Made by a program: the position numbers and the translations under genes. The notes under the pieces were generated by a model that was given only the letters and a program-made list of their open reading frames with translations, did not search any database and was not told where the DNA came from. This document shows, piece after piece, positions 37,332 to 47,336 of a stretch of DNA of 64,000 nt; the first letter of the stretch is position 1, and each line of letters begins with the position of its first letter. The stretch comes from an uncultured Acidobacteriota bacterium (GTDB taxonomy: Bacteria > Acidobacteriota > UBA6911 > RPQK01 > JAPXNP01): assembly GCA_963777605.1 (NCBI GenBank), contig CAVZRV010000031.1:352001-416000 (forward strand). Direction: 5' to 3'.

Positions 37332-39805
37332 GACTTCTCCTCTCCTGATTCTGCCTCCTCGCCAATTCGCATGGTGTAAAACGACCGATAGACGAACACC
37401 AAAGCAACGGCGAGAAAAGCGCATCCGAGCACCGTTTTCACGACTTGCGATTGCATTGTGACGGCAATTTCCGTCGCCAGCAACCCGAAAAGGGTCGTGA
37501 ACTTGATCACGGGGTTCATGGATACCGACGAGGTGTCCTTGAAGGGATCGCCCACCGTGTCTCCGACCACCGTCGCTTCGTGCAGCGGCGTATTCTTCTC
37601 CTTGAGGTCCACTTCGACGATCTTCTTGGCATTATCCCAGGCACCACCGGCGTTGGCCATGAAGATGGCCTGAAAAAGGCCGAAAAAGGCGATTCCGATC
37701 AGGTACCCGATGAAGAAGTAGGGGTTAAAGAAGGAGAAAGCCAAGGCGAAGAAGAAGATGACGATGAAAATGTTGATCATTCCCCGCTGGGCATAAATGG
37801 TGCAGATCCGCACGACCTCCTTGCTATCCTGGATTGACGCTGCTTCGGAAGTTTTCAGGTTGATGTTCTGCTTGATAAAGACGACCGCTCGATAGGCACC
37901 TGTAACGACAGCCTGGGTGGAAGCCCCGGTGAACCAGTAAATGACGGCCCCTCCCGCAATCAGTCCCAACACGACCTCGGGCTGAACCAGGCTCAGCTTG
38001 GCCACCGCCCCGCCGAACATTCGCTCCAGCAGGATGATGATGCCGAAGACCATCGTTGTCGCCCCCACAACGGCCGTCCCGATCAGGACCGGCTTCGCCG
38101 TCGCCTTGAAGGTGTTCCCCGCCCCGTCGGCCAACTCCAGGTAGTCCTTGGCTCTGTCGAAATCGGGCTCAAATCCGAACTGCGAGCGGATCTCTGCAGA
38201 GACATTCGGGACCCTTTCGATCATGGACAGTTCGTAAATCGACTGGGCGTTGTCCGACACGGGCCCAAAACTGTCCACGGCGATCGTGACCGGTCCCATC
38301 CCGAGAAATCCGAAGGCAACCAGACCGAATGCAAACACCGGAGCGGCAAAGGCAAGCTCCGCGGGCATCAATGCCTGGATCGACGGATGGAGAGAAACCA
38401 GATAGGCCGTCAGCATGAGGAGCAGAATGACCATCCCTTCCCAGAAGGCCGAGAAGTTGCCGGCAACGAATCCGGACAGGATATCCAGCGACGCCCCGCC
38501 TTGACGCGCCGAGTAGGTCACTTCGCGAACATGCCGGGAATGAGTACTGGTGAAAACCTTGGTGAACTCCGGGATCACGGCCCCGGCAACAGTACCGCAA
38601 CTGATGATAATGGACAGGGTCCACCAGAGCGCTTCGTATCGAGGGTCGGACAGGTGCGAGAGCAGGGTGTAACTGGCGGCGAAAGTCACCAGGATCGAAA
38701 TGGCCGAGGTCAGCCAGACCAGACTGGTCAAGGGCAGTTCGAAATTGAACTCTGTCCGGTCTCCAAAAACCGACTCGGTCGCCCAGTGGTTGATGAAATA
38801 GGAGCAGAACGATGTCACGATCATGAGGATGCGCATCACGAAAATCCAGATGATCAGCGTTCCCGCCATTTCGGGACTCGTTGCCAGCGCCAGTGCGAGA
38901 AACGCGATCAGCGCCACCCCGGTTACTCCGTAGGTCTCGAAACCATCGGCCGTCGGTCCGACGCTGTCGCCCGCGTTGTCGCCGGTGCAGTCGGCAATCA
39001 CCCCCGGGTTTCGAGGGTCATCCTCGGGCAGGTGAAAGACGATCTTCATCAGATCGGAGCCGATATCAGCGATTTTTGTGAAGATGCCGCCACAAATCCG
39101 CAATGCGCTGGCTCCCAGGGACTCCCCGATGGCGAAGCCGACAAAACAGGAACCAATCAACTCCTGGGGTATGAATACGAGGATGCAGATCATGAAGAAC
39201 AGTTCGACGCTGACCAGGAGCAATCCGACACTCATTCCGGATCGGAGCGGGATGCTCACCACATCGAACGGCCGCCCGCGCAAGGAGGCGAAAGCAGTTC
39301 TCGAGTTGGCCCGGGTGTTGATCCGCATCCCAAACCAGGCGACTCCGTAGGAGCCCAGAATCCCCAGAATGGAACAGACGAGGATAATCACCACGCTGAG
39401 GAAAGGAGCCTCCTGCAGGCCGGCAAAGTAGTAGATCATGCAAACGGCGATCAAAACCCAGAGAATAACCAGGAACTTCCCCTGCTGAATCAGGTAGGAC
39501 TTGCAGGTTTCCCAGATCAGGTTCGACACGTCCAGCATGGAGCGATGAGCCGGCAGGGCCGTCGTTTGCTGGTATTGGATGAGCCCGAACAGCAGTCCCA
39601 GCACGCACACCACCAGGCCGCCGTACATCAATCCGAGACCGCTGACCGGTGAACCCAGGATTCTGAACTGGACTTGAGTGAGATTGGGAAGGAGAATGTC
39701 GGCCTCTCCGGCGGAGACTCGAGGGGCGGCTGCCATCACGAGCAAGAGGAGACCACCAAACAGGACCAGGGACCACGCACGAACGTTTCGGATCGCTTTG
39801 AGCAT
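37328..39805 (-). CDS. hppA: Membrane-bound ion-translocating pyrophosphatase, divergent subfamily, predicted K+-independent
   Basis: GGIFTKIADIGSDL..EDDPRNPGVIADCTGDNAGD, DSFGPVSDNA, GNTFKATAK, GGAWDNAKK, GDTVGDPFKDT. Confidence 0.95.
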   Translation of the reverse strand: MLKAIRNVRAWSLVLFGGLLLLVMAAAPRVSAGEADILLPNLTQVQFRILGSPVSGLGLMYGGLVVCVLGLLFGLIQYQQTTALPAHRSMLDVSNLIWETCKSYLIQQGKFLVILWVLIAVCMIYYFAGLQEAPFLSVVIILVCSILGILGSYGVAWFGMRINTRANSRTAFASLRGRPFDVVSIPLRSGMSVGLLLVSVELFFMICILVFIPQELIGSCFVGFAIGESLGASALRICGGIFTKIADIGSDLMKIVFHLPEDDPRNPGVIADCTGDNAGDSVGPTADGFETYGVTGVALIAFLALALATSPEMAGTLIIWIFVMRILMIVTSFCSYFINHWATESVFGDRTEFNFELPLTSLVWLTSAISILVTFAASYTLLSHLSDPRYEALWWTLSIIISCGTVAGAVIPEFTKVFTSTHSRHVREVTYSARQGGASLDILSGFVAGNFSAFWEGMVILLLMLTAYLVSLHPSIQALMPAELAFAAPVFAFGLVAFGFLGMGPVTIAVDSFGPVSDNAQSIYELSMIERVPNVSAEIRSQFGFEPDFDRAKDYLELADGAGNTFKATAKPVLIGTAVVGATTMVFGIIILLERMFGGAVAKLSLVQPEVVLGLIAGGAVIYWFTGASTQAVVTGAYRAVVFIKQNINLKTSEAASIQDSKEVVRICTIYAQRGMINIFIVIFFFALAFSFFNPYFFIGYLIGIAFFGLFQAIFMANAGGAWDNAKKIVEVDLKEKNTPLHEATVVGDTVGDPFKDTSSVSMNPVIKFTTLFGLLATEIAVTMQSQVVKTVLGCAFLAVALVFVYRSFYTMRIGEEAESGEEKS

Positions 39806-39951
39806 CGCAGACCTCCTGTGGAGAAAACGTTACGCCACTCGAATCGGTCATTCGCGATGCTATGCCCGGGCAGATCAGGGGTCAAGGAGAGTCTCAGGGG
39901 GATGTCATTCTGCCCGATCATTCCGGAACCGGGTTCCGGGAGGAAGCCGTC

Positions 39952-40052
39952 GGGGTCCGTCCCCACCGTGCCACCGTTGTCGTCTCCGTCGTTCTCGGTT
40001 GACAGTTCGGATTTCAAACTTCGGTTCCGGGCTTCGAGCTCGTCGTTCGAAT
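39952..40052. repeat. GGGGTCCGTCCCCA motif followed by a degenerate TTCG hexa/heptamer array
   Basis: Motif at 39952-39965; TTCGGAT TTCAAAC TTCGGTT CCGGGC TTCGAGC TCGTCG TTCGAAT. Confidence 0.7.
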
Positions 40053-40142
40053 GCGGGTCAAAAGGCGGGGCTGTGAGCAAGGCGCTCACGGCGGTCCGAA
40101 GGCGTCACGCGGCCGGAGCAATGGGGGATCCGGACGATTCAT

Positions 40143-40174
40143 ATTGGGGTGGCCCCCAAAAAGGCCACCCCAAT
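40143..40174. terminator. Perfect 12-bp stem hairpin downstream of the CHRD gene
   Basis: ATTGGGGTGGCC-8nt-GGCCACCCCAAT, 23 bp past the stop at 40198. Confidence 0.6.
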
Positions 40175-40197
40175 TTCAGATTGCCGTCGAGTGATCG

Positions 40198-41288
40198 TTA
40201 CTCGGCGCGGGTGAACTGCACGGTGGTGAACTGGCCTGGTTGACCCTGCTGCACTCCCACACCAGTGAAGACAGCGGCTGGTCCCAAGCGCTTCCACCTT
40301 CAGCACGCCCGTAAACGGCGCGTCACCGAGGCTGAAAATCTCATCGACAAAGCGGGCCAGTTGGCCGTTGCCCGGAATCCAGTAGGGTGATCTGCCCATC
40401 CAGCGATTCCGTCGGAAGTATAAACGGACAACTCTACGTTCATGCCGTCCGGGTCGGGGTTGGTCAGAGCAACCGCGGTCCGAACTCCCGTCGGGTCGGT
40501 GTTGACCGGAATTACGCCGATGTGCAGGGCCGGAGACGGAGAAATGCCCGTGATCAGATCGCCGCAGACTGAAGACCACGCTGGCGCCGACATTCCGGTC
40601 GGAAGTCACGCGAGCCGTTCCGGCAACCGGAGTTTCACCGTCCGGGCTGCTGGAATAGGACCACGATCCATAACCGGGAACCTCCAGCGTCTCCGACGGC
40701 AGGAACTCAGCCCCATCCGGGTCGAAGAAGTCGATCACGGCAGAGGCGGTCGTGGCGGACGTGTTGAAGACCACGATGTCAGACGTCAGTCCGCCGCCGG
40801 CTCCGAACTGCGAGAAGAACAGCTCGTGAGACGGAGCCGGGATGTTGCCCCGAATCTCGCCTCCCGGGTAATCGGCCGTATGGACATTGACGTAAAGAGA
40901 GCCGGAACGCAGCAGGTTCAAGAACTCCTCGAAGTTCGCTCCGGTCACTCCCAAGCTATCGTCCTTCTGCTCCTGCAGGGTCGCTTCAGAGACAGTCAAA
41001 GTGAAGGTCGTCGCCGAGTTCGAGGAAGAAGACGATCGGACCGTTTGTACCAGGGACACCCTGGTGAATGTGCGCTGCAGTTGCCATGGCATCATGATCG
41101 CAACTGATCGTATACTCAGTTTCACTAGCGTTCAGATACGCGCTGCAGCTGCCGTTTGCAGCTGTGCTCACAGGAGGAACCACGTTGTCACCGGAGAGTT
41201 CAAAGTTCGCCGTCTGGGCACTAAGACCAACCACGAAAAAGCCAGCCAGCAAGAATGCAATAGCGACTGTTGAAATGCGTTTTCCCAC
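40198..41288 (-). CDS. Secreted CHRD-domain protein with C-terminal beta-sandwich region; several frameshifts
   Basis: LSGDNVVPPVST, AAHIHQG..GTNGPIVF, then LYVNVHTADYPGGEIRG, LFFSQFGAGGG, RTAVALTNP, QLARFVDEIF, in successive frames. Confidence 0.85.
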
Positions 41289-41427
41289 TTTCCGAATCCT
41301 TTCTTAATTGCCTGTACAGAAATCAACCCTAAGCTGGAATAAACACGGCCATAAATTGCCGGTTCTTGATTCCCTGCTGCCACTCGATTCCCGTCAATCA
41401 AAAATCCCCTCTTAATGAACCAAAACC

Positions 41428-41454
41428 CCGCTGGGCATGATTCATGCCCAGCGG
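41428..41454. promoter_or_regulatory. Perfect 13-bp-arm palindrome between divergent genes (operator or lone REP)
   Basis: CCGCTGGGCATGA-T-TCATGCCCAGCGG. Confidence 0.45.
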
Positions 41455-41726
41455 AGCGAATCCCAGCCACTCGGAGTGGAGTCGGAAGTCAACTGGGCAA
41501 CTGATCATAACAGTTCCGTCTCGGCGGTTGCCAGAAAAATCACCACTACAAAGAACTTTATTCCCAAGTCAATGAAGTGTTTCACGAATTCCAGGCCCGA
41601 CGTTCTCGGCCAGCCTGGATAGCGCAAGACTCGAAGCTTTCCTGGCAGCCCGCGATTCTCCCCATTGTCATTCGGGCCGATTTCTCTTAGTCTCCTTGGC
41701 ACACAATTTAGAAAGGGAGTAATTCA

Positions 41727-43118
41727 TTGTCAGGAAGGATCAGTTCAAGCCGTACCAATCGGGCCTTCGTCACCCTGTCACTGCTCTTCATCGTGCCGTC
41801 GCTGATGGCTCAGGAGAACCTGGGGAACGAGACTGTCCGGAGACTGCAGGAATACATTCAGGTTGACACGACCAACCCTCCCGGTAACGAGACCAGGGCC
41901 GTCGAATTCTTTGCCCGCCTCCTCGACCAGGAAGGGATTCCCTACCAGACCGCCAAGTCTGCCCCGGGCCGGGGGATTATCTGGTCCCGCCTCAAGGGTG
42001 GTGACAAACCGGCGCTGATTCTGCTCAATCACTCCGACGTCGTCCCGGCCGACAGGCAGTACTGGGACGTCGACCCCTTATCCGGCGAAATTCGTAACGG
42101 TTACCTCTACGGACGCGGAGCCCTGGACATGAAGGACATGGGGATGATGGAGTTTCAGTCCTTCGTGGCCCTTCACCGGGCGGGGAAGCCTCTCAACCGG
42201 GACGTCATTTTCCTGGCAACCGGTGACGAGGAAGCCGGAGGCCTCTACGGAGCGGGCTGGATGGCAAAAAACCACCCGGAGGTCTTCGAGAATGCCGGCT
42301 ATCTCCTCAACGAAGGAGGGGGAGCCCAACGCTCGGGGAATCATCTAGTCATGGGAATCGAGGTAACCCAGAAAGTTCCTCTCTGGCTTCGGATCAAGAG
42401 TACCGGCGAACCGGGGCACGGATCCCGCCCCCTGCTTGAGTCGTCAGTGAACCGCCTGGTCAAGGCTCTGTACCGAATCCAGAACTATGGGTTCCAGCCC
42501 CGGATCGTCCCCACCGTGGACCAGTTCTTCAAGGGGATCTCAGTCACTCGCGAGGGCGTCCGGCGGGAGCAATTCGCCAACATTCGCCAAGCGATTCAGG
42601 ACCCCGATTTCCTGCTCGAGTTGCAGATTGAAGACCCGACACTGAACTCCCTGACCCGGAACACCTGTTCCCTGACCCGGCTTCAGGGAAGCAGCAAGAT
42701 CAATGTGGTTCCCCCTGAGGCCCAGGGAGAACTCGACTGTCGCCTGCTGCCGGACCAGGATCCCGATGAATTCATCACGCTTCTGACCACGATCATCAAC
42801 GACCCCAAGGTCGAGATTGAAAAACTCATGAGTTTCAGCCCTGCCGTTTCGTCCACAGACACGGAACTGTTCAAGGACATCACGGCGGTTATGAAAGAGC
42901 GTCACCCGGACGCGATCGTGACGCCGTCCGTAACAACGGGCTTTACCGACAGTCACTTCTTCAGGGACCTGGGGATCTCCTGCTACGGTTTCAACCCGGC
43001 CATCATCCCCGATGAATTACAGGGGACGGTCCACGGCAACAACGAACGGGTGCCGGTTGAAAGCGTGAAGCAGGGAGTGTCGGATCTCCTGGAGATCGTC
43101 GAGCGGTTTGTATATTAG
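41727..43118 (+). CDS. M20/M25/M40 metallopeptidase / amidohydrolase
   Basis: LNHSDVVP, YGRGALDMK, GDEEAG, NEGG, GFTDS, HGNNER. Start uncertain. Confidence 0.94.
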   Translation: MSGRISSSRTNRAFVTLSLLFIVPSLMAQENLGNETVRRLQEYIQVDTTNPPGNETRAVEFFARLLDQEGIPYQTAKSAPGRGIIWSRLKGGDKPALILLNHSDVVPADRQYWDVDPLSGEIRNGYLYGRGALDMKDMGMMEFQSFVALHRAGKPLNRDVIFLATGDEEAGGLYGAGWMAKNHPEVFENAGYLLNEGGGAQRSGNHLVMGIEVTQKVPLWLRIKSTGEPGHGSRPLLESSVNRLVKALYRIQNYGFQPRIVPTVDQFFKGISVTREGVRREQFANIRQAIQDPDFLLELQIEDPTLNSLTRNTCSLTRLQGSSKINVVPPEAQGELDCRLLPDQDPDEFITLLTTIINDPKVEIEKLMSFSPAVSSTDTELFKDITAVMKERHPDAIVTPSVTTGFTDSHFFRDLGISCYGFNPAIIPDELQGTVHGNNERVPVESVKQGVSDLLEIVERFVY

Positions 43119-43138
43119 TGATGAGGGTGGGAAGCTCT

Positions 43139-43254
43139 GGGACTCAGGGGACCTGGGGGACTTATCGGACATGGCACCGGTTCTCCCGGGTTTTACGTCC
43201 CCTGTGTCCCATCCGGTCCTATTTGGTCCCACAGTCCCCATGGATGTCCCATGG
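43139..43254. repeat. Inverted pair of ~9-bp-period GGGAC / GTCCC arrays
   Basis: GGGAC at 43139, 43148, 43157, (43166); GTCC[C/T] at 43197, 43206, 43216, 43226, 43234, 43246. Confidence 0.75.
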
Positions 43255-43303
43255 CTCGTTCCCCAGCACCCACTCTCCAATTCACAAGGTCGATTAATTC
43301 GCC

Positions 43304-45382
43304 ATGAGAAATTTGCACAAAACCAAAATCAGCCAGCTTGTCCTTATCCTCAGCCTTTTCATTGCCGGCGCCCAGGCTCAGGCTCCCCGACCGATGACCG
43401 CCCTCGACCTGCTCAACATTCCGAGCCTGAGCGACCCCCGGTTGTCTCCCGACGGCACCCATTTGCTCTGCACACTCTCTGAAGCCGACTGGGCGGAGAA
43501 CCGGCGGATCGGCCACATCTGGCGGACGTCAGTGGATTCCGGTTCCTCCATCCAGATGACGAACGGTGTGAAGGGTGAAAGCTCGGCCCGATGGTCTCCC
43601 GACGGCAACTGGATCGCCTTCCTGGCCAACCGCCAGAGCAAAGAAGGAGAGGAGAGTGAAGGAACCCAGATTTTTCTCATCAGGGGCGAGGGTGGTGAAG
43701 CTCAGCAGTTGACGAACCATGACACGGCGATCTCCTCGATCGAGTGGGCGCCGGACGGCAAGTCGATCTACTTCCTCGCTCCCGAACCCAAAACGGCGGA
43801 TGAGAAGAAAAAGGAAGAACTCAAGGATGACGTGATCACTTTTGATGAGGACTTCAAACAGACTCATCTCTGGAACATCACCCTCAAGGGCAAGACCGAA
43901 AGCCGGATCACCCAGGGCGACTTCTCGGTCATCGAATACAATCTCTCGCCTGACGGGACGCTCATCGCACATCATCGCGCCCCGTCTCCGCTATACGACG
44001 ACACCGACGAGGGCGAAGTCTGGGTCATGAACGCCGATGGCGGCAACGCCCGGCAACTGACTCACAACACGGTGGTCGAGAGGGGTGCCCGGCTCTCCCC
44101 CGACAACACGCGGGTCCTGTTCACGACGGATTCCAACGCGCAGTTCGAAACCTACTACAACGAGAACCTGTTCGTGATTCCGGCGGCAGGAGGACGGGCC
44201 CGGCTTTTGTTGCCCGAGATGCCCTACGAAGTCACCCGGGCAGTCTGGTCTGGAGACGGCGGCTCCATTTTCTTCACCGCGAACGCCGGTGTCAGGCGTG
44301 AACTCTTCCGGGTGGAACTACCCGACGAGAAGCTGCACCAACTGACCCGAGGCGATCACGCCGTAGGGAGCTACCAGTACCTTCCGAAGCTGAAGCGCCA
44401 CGTCTTTACGGTCAACAAAGCCACCAGCCCGGGTGAGGTTTACGTCCTCAACGAAAACGGGGAGAACGGTCCCCGGGCGGTCACCCACATCTTTGACGAT
44501 CTCACCAGGCGGTACCGAATTCCCCGCCAGGAGGCCGTACAGTGGAAAGGGGCGGACGGCGTAACCGTCGAAGGACTCCTCTACTATCCCCTCGACTACC
44601 AGGAAGGACACCATTATCCCCTGTGCGTCCAGACCCACGGCGGCCCCGCAGCCGCCGACTCGTTCGGCTTCGGCGGCTGGAGCAGCTACGTGCAGGTCCT
44701 GACCGGACGGGGCTGGGCCGTCTTCCGGCCGAACTACCGCGGCAGTACCGGCTACGGCGACGCCTACCTGCGCGACATGGTCGGACACTACTACCACCAG
44801 GCTCACCTCGATGTCATGACCGGCGTGGACTACCTCATCGAGCGGGGAATCGCCGACGGCGACCGGATGGTCAAGATGGGCTGGAGCGGCGGGGGACACA
44901 TGACCAACAAGATCATCACCTTCACCGATCGCTTCAAGGCCGCCGCATCGGGAGCCGGGGCCGTCAACTGGATTTCCATGTACGCGCAAAGCGACGTTCG
45001 GATCTACCGAACGCCGTGGTTCGGAGGGACACCCTGGCAGGAGGACGCTCCGATCGCTGTTTACTGGGACAACTCGCCTCTGAAAGACATCTGGAAAGTG
45101 AAAACGCCGACCATCATCCTGGTCGGCAAGGAGGACGTCCGCGTCCCGGCTCCGCAGTCGATTGAACTATACCGGGCGCTGAAATCAAATGGAGTCCCGA
45201 CACACCTCTACATTGCCCCGCGGGAACCCCACGGATGGCGGGAACTCCGTCACGAACTGTTCAAGATCAACGTTGAACTGGCCTGGTTCGAGAAATACGC
45301 GCTTGGCCGGGAATACCAGTGGGAAAAGGCTCCCGATGAGGAGTCGGAGACGGGCACGCCGGATTCCCGTTCCCCTCAATGA
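43304..45382 (+). CDS. S9 family peptidase (acylaminoacyl / dipeptidyl peptidase-like)
   Basis: PD40 propeller repeats (WSPDG), HGGP, PNYRGSTGYG, GWSGGG, D.RVP, EPHG. Confidence 0.96.
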   Translation: MRNLHKTKISQLVLILSLFIAGAQAQAPRPMTALDLLNIPSLSDPRLSPDGTHLLCTLSEADWAENRRIGHIWRTSVDSGSSIQMTNGVKGESSARWSPDGNWIAFLANRQSKEGEESEGTQIFLIRGEGGEAQQLTNHDTAISSIEWAPDGKSIYFLAPEPKTADEKKKEELKDDVITFDEDFKQTHLWNITLKGKTESRITQGDFSVIEYNLSPDGTLIAHHRAPSPLYDDTDEGEVWVMNADGGNARQLTHNTVVERGARLSPDNTRVLFTTDSNAQFETYYNENLFVIPAAGGRARLLLPEMPYEVTRAVWSGDGGSIFFTANAGVRRELFRVELPDEKLHQLTRGDHAVGSYQYLPKLKRHVFTVNKATSPGEVYVLNENGENGPRAVTHIFDDLTRRYRIPRQEAVQWKGADGVTVEGLLYYPLDYQEGHHYPLCVQTHGGPAAADSFGFGGWSSYVQVLTGRGWAVFRPNYRGSTGYGDAYLRDMVGHYYHQAHLDVMTGVDYLIERGIADGDRMVKMGWSGGGHMTNKIITFTDRFKAAASGAGAVNWISMYAQSDVRIYRTPWFGGTPWQEDAPIAVYWDNSPLKDIWKVKTPTIILVGKEDVRVPAPQSIELYRALKSNGVPTHLYIAPREPHGWRELRHELFKINVELAWFEKYALGREYQWEKAPDEESETGTPDSRSPQ

Positions 45383-45492
45383 CACGCGGGCGACCGACTA
45401 TTTCTCGATCCGGTTTCTGGCGGTTTTGAGTTCATCGTTGAGGACGTCCGGCGAGCCCTGAATTCTTGGACCTCTGAAAAGTGGCGATCGCG

Positions 45493-46148
45493 CTAGGTCA
45501 CTCCGCACTGAGTCATTGCCTGCAGGAGAGGAGTCCTGCGGCAGAAATTTCGGAAATAGGATTCGATCAGCGGGGCGGAGCCGGCACCACAGCTGATAAT
45601 CGACCGGATCGCGTCTTCGACCCGGACGTCGATTGGAAAGACGTCGGATTCAGGGAGATGAACGATATACCCGGTCGTCGGATTGGGGCCGGTCGGAATG
45701 AAGGCAGTCTTCCAGCCGGACTCATGCTCGTCGGTGATAAAAGCCGTCATCAGCGCCTCCCGATCGTAGAGCCGAACGAGCGCCACCGAAGAAAACGGTG
45801 AGCGCTTGCGCCCCAGGAGTTGCATGACGGTTTCTTTGATAATCCGATACCCCGGTGCGATGGCCAGGATTCGATCTTCAAGATTCTGATGAATGAATCG
45901 TCCGACGCTGGTTCGGACCAACAATCCCCAGCGAAAAGCAGAGCGCGATGATGAGGCCGATTACCAGGCAATCGGCCAGGATTTCCGGCGCTTGCACCTG
46001 GGACACGACCACGTCGGTCAGAGGCTGGATCAGGTCGGTCGCCCAGAGAAAGAGCCACCGAAAAATCATGAACAAGCAGAAATCCCGGCAAAACCACGGT
46101 CAGTCCACCCAGAGTCATGTTCTGAAAGAAGGTCCGGAAACGTTTCAT
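45493..46148 (-). CDS. DUF502 membrane protein; two frameshifts
   Basis: GGLTVVLP / FRWLF..TDLIQPLT / PGYRIIKETV, FIPTGPNPTTGY, AIRSIISCG, in three frames. Confidence 0.85.
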
Positions 46149-46281
46149 GGCGGTATCTCCGTCACCGGCAAGGTCGCGTTGGCATAGGCCAGGAAAAGGA
46201 TCCAGATGCCTTTTTCCCGAATCTGTGCTCCACTGGTCAAGTGAATTCCTGCAAGTCGCAGGAAAATCGAGGAGGCCTCTA

Positions 46282-47315
46282 ATGCAGCGACGCACGGCAA
46301 TTGTCATTTCAGTCCTGGGACTTGTCTTCTCCAGCCGGTGCCCTGACGGTGGTTCGGACCGGCCCGGCGATGCCCCCGATCACGCATCCCGTCATGTGGG
46401 ACACGCCTGAGGCGGACGCCATTCTGTCCGCACTGCAGGTCTTTCCCCCGAACAATCCCTGGAACCAGGATATCTCCGACCTTCCGTTGCATCCCGATTC
46501 GGCGAAAATGATCGCATCCATCGGTCCCGAGAAACACCTGGAATATAACCTGGACATGAATTTCGTCATTGTCCCGCCCGACTACCCCAGGATCCCGGTG
46601 AAAATCGTCGACTACCCGGATGAATCCGATCCGGGGCCCTATCCGATCCCCCCGGATTCTCCCATTGAGAATTGGCCGCTTGACCCGAAATGAGAACGAC
46701 GCGGCCCTTCCCCGGCCGGGTCAGTCGCTCGACGACTTTCAACGAAACGCGAAAGGGGACCGTCACCTTATCGTCGTCGACCCGATCAACGGCAAGTTCT
46801 TCGAATTCTGGCAGGCGAGGAAAACCGACTCCGGTTGGGAAGCGAGCAACGAAGCCACCTTCGACCTCGGCACCGGCGCACTGCGCCCGGAAGGCTGGAC
46901 CTCTTCGGACGCCGCCGGACTTCCGATCTTCCCTGCGATCGTCCGCTACGACGAGTGCGAGAGGGGCATGGTCAGGCACGCGATGCGGTTCACCGTGAGA
47001 AGGACTCGACGCGCCTACGTCCTCCCGGCTACCCACTGGGCCAGCCGGAGCTCCAATCCTGCCTACCCACGCATGGGCGAAAGATTTCGCCTGCGCAGCG
47101 ATTTTGATGTCTCCTCATTCCCCCCCCATGTTCAAGCGATTCTCAAAGGACTCAAGACCTACGGGATGTTCGTTGCCGACAACGGAAGCGATTGGTACAT
47201 GTCGATCGCGCCCGACCGTCGCCTGGAGGGCCTGGAGTCCCTGCGACGGGTGAAAGGCTCCGACTTCGAAGTCGTGGACACCGGAGCCCGTTCGGTCGAA
47301 GGGGCAGCTCCTTAG
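46282..47315 (+). CDS. Conserved secreted hypothetical protein; two frameshifts
   Basis: Signal MQRRTAIVISVLG; FPPNNPWNQDIS, YPDESDPGPYPIP; GDRHLIVVD, WTSSDAAGLPIFP, MGERFRL, YGMFVADNGSDW. Confidence 0.8.
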
Positions 47316-47336
47316 CAAGTGAATTCCCAATCATCC

